From NCBI GenBank assembly GCA_036277075.1, contig DASUNQ010000027.1:701-64700 (forward strand): a DNA stretch of 64,000 nt, written 5' to 3'. This DNA is from Thermoanaerobaculia bacterium. GTDB lineage: Bacteria > Acidobacteriota > Thermoanaerobaculia > Multivoradales > UBA5704. The notes below the pieces were generated by a model. It was not told where the DNA came from. It worked only from the letters and a program-made list of their open reading frames with translations, and made no database searches. Within the stretch, counting starts at the first letter, position 1. Each line of letters opens with the position of its first letter. The position numbers and the translations under genes are program-made. Below are positions 57,050 to 64,000 of this stretch, piece after piece.

Positions 57050-60000
57050 TCACTGCGCGCCTCCCGCCTCCTCGGGCGGCGGCTCCTTCCAGGGCGCCGG
57101 CGGTTGGGCGAGCCGCTTGGGCGGGCTCTTCGCCAGCTCGGCGAGCAGCACCTCGATCCCCTTCTCCAGGCTCGGGTCGCGCCCCTGCGCCACGAGGTGC
57201 GGCGCGTCGACGACCTCGATGTCGGGCGCCACCCCTTCGTTCTCGACCGCCCAGCGCCCTTCGGCGTCGATGAAGCGGAAGGCGGGCACGCTGACGGCGC
57301 CGGCGATGAGCGGGGGGTTGCCGGAGAGGCCGATCAGCCCGCCCCAGGTGCGGGTGCCGATGAGCGGGCCGAGGCCCAGCTTGCGGAAGTAGTAGGGGAA
57401 GGCGTCGCCGCCCGAGCCGGCCTGGCCGTTGATCAGCGCCACCTTGGGGCCGACGTGGGTGTAGGCGGGCGTCGTCGTCGGGCGGCCGGCGCGGGTCACC
57501 CAGTAGTTGAGCAGCGGCCGCGCGAGCAGCGCCGCCATGGTGTCGGGGATGAAGCCGCCGCCGTTGTAGCGCACGTCGACGATCAGGGCCTCCTTGTGCG
57601 CCTGGGGGTAGAAGTGCTTGAAGAGCTCGCGGTTGCCGGCCACCGCGGTGTCGGGGAGGTGGAGGTAGCCGATGCGCCCGCCCGACGCCTCCTCGACCCG
57701 CCGCCGGTTCTGTTCGACCCAGGCGAGATAGCGCAGGCCGAGCTCCGACGCGATCGGGCGTACCCGCTCGTCGCGGGCGCCCTTGCCGTCCGCCGCCGAG
57801 GCGACGCGCAGCGTCACCACCGCGTCGGCCTTGCCTTCGAGCAGCCGGTAGAAGTTGTCGACGCCGCGGGTCGGCACGCCGTCGACCGCCAGGATGAAGT
57901 CCCCCTCCTTCACTCCGACGCCCGGCTCGGTGAGCGGGGAGCGGAAGTCGTCGTGCCAGTTCTCGCCGCGGTAGATCCGGGCGACGCGGAAGGCGCCGGA
58001 GGGGCGGGCCTCGATCTCCGCGCCCAGCAGGCCCCCGGCGACGCGCTCCACGTCGTACTCGTCCGAGGTCTGGACGTAGGCGTGGCCGGCGTTGAGCTCG
58101 GCGATCAGCTCGCCGAGGAGGAAGTCGAGGTCGGCGCGCGAGGCGACGTGCGGGACCAGCTCGCCGTAGCGGGCGCGCATCGCGGGCCAGTCGACGCCGT
58201 GCATCTCGCGGTCGTAGAACCAGTCGCGGGTCATCCGCCAGGCGTCGTCGAACACCTGCCGCCACTCGGCGCGCGGCTCGACCTTGACGGTCATCTCGTC
58301 GAGCGCCAGCTTGGCGTCGGCGGTCTTCTGCCCGGGAGCGGCGGCGACGATGGCAAAGTCGGGGCCGGGCAGGTCGACGAGCAGCTTCTTGCCGTCGGCC
58401 GAGAGCTGGAACCCCGCGACGCCCTCGAGCACTCCCTCCTCTTTCTCCGCCTCGAGGTCGTACATCTTGAGCGCGCCGGCCGGGCCGTCGCCGGTGAGGT
58501 AGAAGACCCCCTTCTCGTTGGCGGCGAGGTTGCGGTAGTTGCCGGAGGCGCCGGGGATCGCCCGCACCCGCGCCTCGAAGCCGTCAAAGTCGATGGCGAC
58601 CCGCACCGCCTGCGGCTTGGCGCCGGGCTCCTTCTCCTCCCCCTTCTCCTCGCCGCTGCGCGGCTCGGCTTCCTCCTCGCCGGCGTCCGGCGGCGGCCGC
58701 GGGTGCTGCTGCTGGATGGCGGCGTCCGCCACCCGCATCCCGTCGTCCTCCTCCTCGCCGGTCTCCTCCTCGTCGCTCTTGGGCAGGAAGAGGGCGGGGC
58801 CGTCCTTCTCGAGGACGGCGACGTAGACCCGCGTCGGCTCGGTGTAGACGAAGGCGAACTCGTAGCCGCTGAAGGTCAGGTTGTAGTCGCGGTTCGAGAG
58901 GAAGTAGAGGTAGCGCCCCTTGGGGTCCCAGGTGGGTTCGAACTCGGCGGTGGCGGCGGAGGTGAGCCGGCGCGGCTTGCCGTCGCCGTCGCCGCCGCCC
59001 AGCGAGTAGACCCAGATCGAGGGGAGCTGCGTCGCGCCCGTCTTGGTGTAGGCGAGCCAGCGCGAGTCGGGGGACCAGCGGTAGTCGGTGATGACGCCGT
59101 TCTCGCCGCGGTCGGCGTCGACGACGCGCCCGCTCGCCACCTCGACCCAGCGCAGCCGCCGCTCGGTGTCGCCGAAGGCGAGCTTCTTCGAGTCGGGCGA
59201 CCAGGCCGGCGGGAAGCGCCAGGTGCCGCCGTCTCGGGTCAACCGCCGCGGCTCGCCGCTGCCGTCGGCGCGCCGCACGTAGATCTCGTACTCGCCGGTG
59301 GCGTCCGACAGGTAGGCGATCCACCGTCCGTCGGGGGACCAGGCCGGGTCCATCTCGCGCGCGCCGGGCGTGCCGGAGAGGTTGCGCGGCTCCCCCTCCT
59401 TGGCGGGGACGGTGAAGACCTCGCCGCGCGCGGCGACGACCGCGCGGCGGCCGCTGGGAGAGATCGCCCAGGCGTCGACGTCCTCCTTGACCTTGCGGAA
59501 GTAGGGGACGGTCTGCGGGAAGTCGCCGTCCACCCGCACCGTCACCTTGCGGCTGGTCGCGGTGCGCGGGTCGAAGAGGTAGATCCAGCCGCCGTTCTCG
59601 TAGACCAGGCTGTCCGGCCCGCCGCTCGGCCAGAGGACGTCGTAGCGGTCGTGGTTGGTGACCTGGCGCGGCGTGCGGTCGGCCGCGGTCCAGGCGTAGA
59701 GCTGGAGGCGGTTGGTGCGGTCGGAGGTGAAGTAGATCGTGTCGCCGACCCACACCGGCTGGGTGTCGGTGCCGGCGAAGTCGGTGATCTGCTCGGCGGT
59801 GTTGCGCGCCAGGTCGTAGATCCAGACGTCCTGCGCGCGGCCGCCGCGGTGCCGCTTCCAGGTCCGGAACTCGCGCATGATCGGGGTGTAGACGAACTTC
59901 GTGCCGTCGGGCGAGAGGGTGCCGCCCCCGCCTTCCGGCATCGGCAGCGGCACCTCCATGCCGCCGGCCGCCGGCACCTTGTACGGCCGCGAGATGCGGT

Positions 60001-60439
60001 CGTTCCAGGGCGTGCGGTGGGCGTTGAAGAGGACGTGCCCGCCGTCCGGCGTCCAGCCGAGCACCTGGTTGTCGACGCCGCCACGCGGCGGGATGCGGCC
60101 GACGTCGTTGTAGAAGGTGAGCTGGCGCGGCGCCCCCCCGGCGACCGGGATGGTGAAGACCTGCCGCGTGCCGCCGTACTGGCCGGTGAAGGCGATGGTC
60201 CGCCCGTCCGGCGAGAACTTGGGGAAGAGCTCCTCGCCCGGGTGCGAGGTGAGGCGCCGGGCGACGCCGCCCGCCGCCGGCACGGTCCAGACGTCGCCGG
60301 CGTAGACGAAGGCGATGAGGTCGCCGTGGACGTCGGGGGTGCGGAGCAGGCGGGTCTCGGCGGGCCCCGCGGTGTCCTGGGCGGTGAGCGCGGCGCTGGC
60401 GAGCAGCAGGGCGGCGAGCGGGACGAAAGGTTTGCGCAC
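57050..60439 (-). CDS. Tricorn protease homolog (S41 family; beta-propellers + PDZ + C-terminal peptidase), 1129 aa
   Basis: Signal peptide. Repeated PD40-like SPDG motifs (FSPDGRTIAF, WSPDGRWIAY, WSPDSKKLAF, WSPDSRWLAY). A Glu-rich linker. C-terminal S41 region with the GSGGD catalytic Ser block (INGQAGSGGDAF). Confidence 0.85.
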   Translation of the reverse strand: MRKPFVPLAALLLASAALTAQDTAGPAETRLLRTPDVHGDLIAFVYAGDVWTVPAAGGVARRLTSHPGEELFPKFSPDGRTIAFTGQYGGTRQVFTIPVAGGAPRQLTFYNDVGRIPPRGGVDNQVLGWTPDGGHVLFNAHRTPWNDRISRPYKVPAAGGMEVPLPMPEGGGGTLSPDGTKFVYTPIMREFRTWKRHRGGRAQDVWIYDLARNTAEQITDFAGTDTQPVWVGDTIYFTSDRTNRLQLYAWTAADRTPRQVTNHDRYDVLWPSGGPDSLVYENGGWIYLFDPRTATSRKVTVRVDGDFPQTVPYFRKVKEDVDAWAISPSGRRAVVAARGEVFTVPAKEGEPRNLSGTPGAREMDPAWSPDGRWIAYLSDATGEYEIYVRRADGSGEPRRLTRDGGTWRFPPAWSPDSKKLAFGDTERRLRWVEVASGRVVDADRGENGVITDYRWSPDSRWLAYTKTGATQLPSIWVYSLGGGDGDGKPRRLTSAATAEFEPTWDPKGRYLYFLSNRDYNLTFSGYEFAFVYTEPTRVYVAVLEKDGPALFLPKSDEEETGEEEDDGMRVADAAIQQQHPRPPPDAGEEEAEPRSGEEKGEEKEPGAKPQAVRVAIDFDGFEARVRAIPGASGNYRNLAANEKGVFYLTGDGPAGALKMYDLEAEKEEGVLEGVAGFQLSADGKKLLVDLPGPDFAIVAAAPGQKTADAKLALDEMTVKVEPRAEWRQVFDDAWRMTRDWFYDREMHGVDWPAMRARYGELVPHVASRADLDFLLGELIAELNAGHAYVQTSDEYDVERVAGGLLGAEIEARPSGAFRVARIYRGENWHDDFRSPLTEPGVGVKEGDFILAVDGVPTRGVDNFYRLLEGKADAVVTLRVASAADGKGARDERVRPIASELGLRYLAWVEQNRRRVEEASGGRIGYLHLPDTAVAGNRELFKHFYPQAHKEALIVDVRYNGGGFIPDTMAALLARPLLNYWVTRAGRPTTTPAYTHVGPKVALINGQAGSGGDAFPYYFRKLGLGPLIGTRTWGGLIGLSGNPPLIAGAVSVPAFRFIDAEGRWAVENEGVAPDIEVVDAPHLVAQGRDPSLEKGIEVLLAELAKSPPKRLAQPPAPWKEPPPEEAGGAQ

Positions 60440-60499
60440 GTGGGCTCCTCGAAATCCGGATCAGCCTCAGGTTACGGAGGAAAGGCGCCGGAGTTGCGG

Positions 60500-60790
60500 C
60501 GCTGCGAGATCCCTTCCGGCGGGCGGCGGAGACGGATCTCCGGGGCCCCGAGATCTATCTCGAGCGCCCCGAGATACATCTTCGGCACCCGGAGATACAT
60601 CTCGGACCGTCCAAGATCCATCTCCGGCTCGCGAAGATACATCTCGGGCCGCCCAAAATACATCTTCGGGACCGGAAGATCGATCTTGGTGCCCGGGAGA
60701 TTCATCTCGAGGCGCCCGAGATTCATCTCCGGCACTCCGAGATCTATCTTCCGCGGCGGAAGATCGGTCGCGAGCGGTATGGTGCCCGTC
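60500..60790. repeat. Array of about 12-13 tandem 21-bp units, each with a GAGAT-NN-ATCTC palindromic core, in the divergent intergenic region
   Basis: The GAGAT/AAGAT half-sites begin at 60506, 60528, 60550, 60571, 60592, 60613, 60634, 60655, 60676, 60697, 60718, 60739 and 60760. The phasing is exactly 21 bp. Example units are CGAGATCTATCTCG, GGAGATACATCTCG and GAAGATCGATCTTG. There are no unique spacers, so this is not CRISPR. Confidence 0.7.
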
Positions 60791-60807
60791 TGAGGCGGAG
60801 GGAAGCG

Positions 60808-61944
60808 ATGCGAAGGATCTCCAGCGGTCGGTCTCCACTCCCCCTGTGTCTGAGCCTCCTGCTGATCGGCGCTGGGTCGTGCGTCTCCGCCGGTCAACGG
60901 GCCCCCGAGGACGAAACGCAGGCTTTCCTCGAGGCGACGATCCGCGAAGCGCTGCTTGCGCACGGGTTCCCGGCGGCGGCGGCCGCCGTGATCAGCAGCC
61001 GGGACGTTCACCTGGTCGCGGCCGGGAAGCGGCGGGTGGATCGACCGGAACGGGTCACCATCGACGACCTCTTCGGCCTCGGCTCCAACACGAAGGCGTT
61101 CACGGCGACGATGCTGGGCGCGCTGGTCGAGCTGGGGGTGCTGCGGTGGGGCCTCACGCTGGCTGCGGCGCTGCCCGATGTCGCGATGCGGCCGGAATAC
61201 CGGGAGGTCACCCTCCGGCAGCTCCTGACCCATCGCGCCGGCTTGCCGCCGTACACCTCGGCGGAGGCGTTCGAGCGGGCCGCGTCGTTCGACACTTCCG
61301 ACGTGACCGCGGCCCGGCTCCTGTTCGCGAAGACCGTACTGTCCGAGCCGCCGATCCATGCCCCTGGGACCGCGACGCAGTACTCCAACGCCGACTTCGC
61401 GCTCGCCGCGCTGATGGCCGAGCGGGCGACGGGCCAGAAGTGGCAGGAGCTCGTGACCGAGCACGTCTGCCGGCCCTTGCGCATCGGTTGCGTCTTCGTG
61501 CAGCCCGCCGCCCACGATCCCCATCAGCCCTGGGGGCACTCGCGTGCCGATGGCACGCTGACGCCTCTCCCGCCGCGGCCGGTCAGGGTCTCGGCGATGC
61601 AGGGGGCGGGCGGAGTGACCCTTTCGATCCGGGACTACAGCGTCTTGCTGCAGATGCATCTCCGCGGCCTGCGCGGCGAGGACACGCCCGTTCTGCGCGC
61701 CGGCACCGTTCGCGACCTGCATCGGCCCGACGGGCGCTACGCCCTCGGCTGGGGCGTCCAGGAGTACGCCGGAGCGACCAGCAGCGTGCACGCCGGCGGC
61801 AACGGCGAGTTCTACGCCCTGGTCGCGATCCAGCCGGAACGGGACATCGCCGTCGCCTTCCTCACCAACGACGGCGGCGACGACGTCGAAGGACACGCGT
61901 CCGGGGTCTTGAAGAAACTGCTCGCGGGTCCCCCCCGGCCCTGA
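60808..61944 (+). CDS. Serine hydrolase of the beta-lactamase class C / penicillin-binding-protein family, lipoprotein, 378 aa
   Basis: Lipobox LLLIGAGSC. The SxxK motif (FGLGSNTKAF) and YxN motif (QYSNADF) are at canonical spacing. HAGG near the C-terminus stands in place of KTG. Confidence 0.8.
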   Translation: MRRISSGRSPLPLCLSLLLIGAGSCVSAGQRAPEDETQAFLEATIREALLAHGFPAAAAAVISSRDVHLVAAGKRRVDRPERVTIDDLFGLGSNTKAFTATMLGALVELGVLRWGLTLAAALPDVAMRPEYREVTLRQLLTHRAGLPPYTSAEAFERAASFDTSDVTAARLLFAKTVLSEPPIHAPGTATQYSNADFALAALMAERATGQKWQELVTEHVCRPLRIGCVFVQPAAHDPHQPWGHSRADGTLTPLPPRPVRVSAMQGAGGVTLSIRDYSVLLQMHLRGLRGEDTPVLRAGTVRDLHRPDGRYALGWGVQEYAGATSSVHAGGNGEFYALVAIQPERDIAVAFLTNDGGDDVEGHASGVLKKLLAGPPRP

Positions 61945-61957
61945 GAGCGGCGATCGG

Positions 61958-63058
61958 CTACGCCGCGGCGTGGGCGAGGCGGACGGGCTGCCGGCGCGCT
62001 CCCCAGGTGCCGGGAAGGGGCTCGAAGCGGCCCGGGCAGGGGGTGCCGCAGGTCGCGCAGCGGCCGCTCTCGTCGAGGTGCCAGTCGGTGAGGGTGAACC
62101 AGTCGCGGCCGATCAGCCGGGCGCCGCAGCCGTGGCACCAGGTGCTGCCGCCGTCCTCGTCGTGGACGTTGCCGGTGTAGGCGTAGCGCAGGCCGTTGGC
62201 GAGGGCGATGCGGCGCGCGCGGGCCAGCGTCGCCGGCGGCGTCGGCGGCTTGTCCAGCATCTTCCAGTCCGGGTGGAAGGCGGTGAAGTGGATCGGCACG
62301 TCCGGGCCCAGCTCCGCGGCCACCCATCGCGTCAGGGCGTCGAGCTCGGCCTCAGAGTCGTTCTCGTCCGGGATGAGCAGGGTGGTGATCTCGAACCAGA
62401 CCTCGGTCTCGTGCCGGAGGTACTTGAGGGTGTCGAGCACCGGCTGCAGCTCGCCGCCGCAGACCTGGCGGTAGAAGCGGTCGGTGAAGCCCTTGAGGTC
62501 GACGTTGGCGGCGTCCATGAAGCGGTAGAACTCGGCGCGCGGCTCGGGACAGACCTCGCCGGCGGTCACCGCGACGGAGGCGATCCCCGCCTCACGGCAG
62601 GCCGCCGCGACGTCGATGGCGTACTCGTGGAAGATCACCGGGTCGTTGTAGGTGAAGGCGACGCTGCGGCAGCCCAGGCGGCGCGCCGCGCGGGCGATGG
62701 CCTCGGGGCTCGCCTGGTCGGCCAGGGTGTCGACCTCGCGCGACTTGCTGATGTCCCAGTTCTGGCAGAACTTGCAGGCGAGGTTGCAGCCGGCGGTGCC
62801 GAAGGAGAGGACGGGGGTGCCGGGGAGGAAGTGGTTGAGGGGCTTTTTCTCGATGGGATCGACGCAGAAGCCGGAGGAGCGGCCGTAGGTGGTGAGGACG
62901 ATCTGGTCGTGCTCGCGGGCGCGGACGAAGCAGAGGCCGCGCTGGCCTTCGAGGAGCTTGCAGAACCTCGGGCAGAGGTCGCACTGGATGCGGCCGTTGT
63001 CGAGCGCGTGCCAGTACTTGGTCTTGACGTAGTCCCCGCCGGGGAGGGTCTCGCGCAT
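61958..63058 (-). CDS. AmmeMemoRadiSam-system radical SAM enzyme (PFL-activase-like), about 366 aa
   Basis: Radical SAM cluster motif CNLACKFCQNW. An N-terminal extra Cys cluster (CDLCPRFC) and a C-terminal Cys cluster (CHGCGARL...CATCG), as in the AmmeMemoRadiSam rSAM family. The internal ATG (MRETLPGGDY) is chosen as the start. Confidence 0.8.
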   Translation of the reverse strand: MRETLPGGDYVKTKYWHALDNGRIQCDLCPRFCKLLEGQRGLCFVRAREHDQIVLTTYGRSSGFCVDPIEKKPLNHFLPGTPVLSFGTAGCNLACKFCQNWDISKSREVDTLADQASPEAIARAARRLGCRSVAFTYNDPVIFHEYAIDVAAACREAGIASVAVTAGEVCPEPRAEFYRFMDAANVDLKGFTDRFYRQVCGGELQPVLDTLKYLRHETEVWFEITTLLIPDENDSEAELDALTRWVAAELGPDVPIHFTAFHPDWKMLDKPPTPPATLARARRIALANGLRYAYTGNVHDEDGGSTWCHGCGARLIGRDWFTLTDWHLDESGRCATCGTPCPGRFEPLPGTWGARRQPVRLAHAAA

Positions 63059-63107
63059 GCCATCAAGTTCCAACGGTGGCGAGCGCGCGGGCATTCCGCG
63101 GTGGAGA

Positions 63108-63269
63108 GGCCGTTCGGGGGTGCTCCTCCGGGGACCGCCGCGCGCGTTGGTGGACTTCCTGATCTGAGGCGCGCGGCTGCGCTTCGCATCGCGCCAAGTC
63201 GTACATGGCCTGCCTGGGATTTGCCGGGCGCTCGCTCAGAGCTCCCCGGAGGAGCACCCCCGAACGGCC
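63108..63269. repeat. 27-bp perfect inverted repeat pair flanking about 108 bp (MITE-like element or large RNA hairpin) in an intergenic region
   Basis: GGCCGTTCGGGGGTGCTCCTCCGGGGA at 63108-63134. Its exact reverse complement CTCCCCGGAGGAGCACCCCCGAACGGCC is at 63242-63269. Confidence 0.6.
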
Positions 63270-63351
63270 CGGGACCGATGTCCATTGCCTGAAAAGGCAC
63301 AATTGTCATCCCGAGCGTGAGCGAGGGATCTGGGCGGGGGGCGGTGCGACG

Positions 63352-64000
63352 TCAGTCGGCCGGCGTGGTGGCGAGGGCTTGGAGGTCCGCTAGCGAGCGC
63401 AGCTCGCCCCCTCTTGCTACCCACCGCAGGTGCCGGTAGGCGGTGGTGGAGGCGGTGGGGTCGGCGGAGAGGACTAGGAGGTCGGCGGCTTTGCCGGCGG
63501 TCAGGGTGCCGAGGTCTTCGCGGCCGAGGGCCTTCGCGGCGGTGCTGGTGGCGGCGACTAGGACTTGGGTGGGGGTTAGGCCGGCGGCTTCCATGGCTGC
63601 TAGCTCGGCGTGGATGGCGGGGCCGTGGAGGGTGAGGGGGTTGCCGGCGTCGGTGCCGAGGGCGATGGGGACGCCGGCGGCGGCCAGGAGCTTGAGGTTG
63701 GCGGCGGCGATGCGGGCGGCGGCGGTGGTGTCGCGCTCGCGGGCGGCGAGGGCTGCCGGGTCGAGGGTGACGCGCTCGCGCAGGGCGGCGGTGTCGGCGA
63801 GCTTGGCGCGGGTCGCCGGGTCGACGCAGCCGTTGGGGTCGTCGACGGCCGGCGTCTCGCCGCGAGCGGCGGCGGCGAAGAGGCGGACGTAGCCGTCGCG
63901 TACGGTGAGGGTGGGCGAGTAGATGGCGCCGCTCGACTTGGCCAGGCCCACGAACTCGTCGTCGATCGGCTCCCAGACGCTGTGCACCAGGAGCTTGGCG
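63352..64000 (-). CDS. Amidohydrolase-family (metal-dependent hydrolase) protein, C-terminal part; the 5' end lies beyond the window
   Basis: The C-terminal amidohydrolase block ...IALGTDAGNP...HGPAIHAELAAM... is open to the window edge. The stop is at 63352. Confidence 0.6.
   Translation of the reverse strand, partial: AKLLVHSVWEPIDDEFVGLAKSSGAIYSPTLTVRDGYVRLFAAAARGETPAVDDPNGCVDPATRAKLADTAALRERVTLDPAALAARERDTTAAARIAAANLKLLAAAGVPIALGTDAGNPLTLHGPAIHAELAAMEAAGLTPTQVLVAATSTAAKALGREDLGTLTAGKAADLLVLSADPTASTTAYRHLRWVARGGELRSLADLQALATTPAD

Noticed and set aside
60500-60790. Possible CRISPR array
   Set aside because: The units are contiguous 21-bp tandem repeats with no unique spacers, are shorter than CRISPR repeats, and no cas genes are nearby. 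They are better described as a tandem palindromic site array.
60467-60838. 123-aa minus-strand ORF (METDRW...) and heptad-repeat translations in other frames across the 21-bp array
   Set aside because: The heptad periodicity in all six frames is an automatic consequence of the 21-bp DNA repeat. The ORFs are antisense or overlap the starts of the flanking real genes and have no independent coding signal.
1-64000. tRNA, rRNA or tmRNA genes
   Set aside because: All sizeable non-coding gaps (7500-7811, 20450-20537, 56485-56758, 60440-60807, 63095-63351) were read. None shows a cloverleaf-compatible acceptor/T-arm pattern or rRNA-like conservation.

Overview
This is a 64-kb window of a very GC-rich (about 70-72% by eye) bacterial chromosome. 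The gene content includes a tricorn protease, paired BNR/sortilin-like beta-propellers, many TPR-CHAT proteins, PAS-GGDEF-EAL proteins and an AmmeMemoRadiSam rSAM; this suggests a soil-type Acidobacteriota/Gemmatimonadota/Myxococcota-like organism, which is inference only. I support about 45 protein-coding genes. I saw no rRNA, tRNA or CRISPR. The most interesting region is about 12.8-29.8 kb. It starts with an ECF sigma/anti-sigma pair. That is followed, on the plus strand and with start/stop overlaps, by a caspase (C14) protein, a TPR-CHAT protease, a membrane vWA protein, a giant (about 1000 aa) divergent tubulin/FtsZ-like GTPase, a second membrane vWA protein, a second caspase (C14) protein and a small low-GC secreted protein. 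A second TPR-CHAT operon lies divergently upstream. Together these look like an uncharacterised multi-protease/vWA/tubulin-like module, possibly a conflict or regulated-proteolysis system. Other notable items: a perfectly 21-bp-phased array of about 12 palindromic GAGAT-NN-ATCTC units in the divergent intergenic region between the tricorn protease and a class-C beta-lactamase-like gene; a lower-GC zinc phospholipase C (alpha-toxin-like) with a C-terminal triple Cys-repeat, probably horizontally acquired; an in-frame hairpin-bearing 78-bp tandem duplication inside the EAL domain of one of two tandem PAS-GGDEF-EAL paralogs; a 27-bp perfect inverted-repeat element (MITE-like) near the window end; a VapBC toxin-antitoxin pair; and an apparently frameshifted DUF2071 gene. 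Housekeeping genes include RecQ, ThiI, PckA, CspA, a PLP decarboxylase, an M20 amidohydrolase and an ABC-2 exporter.
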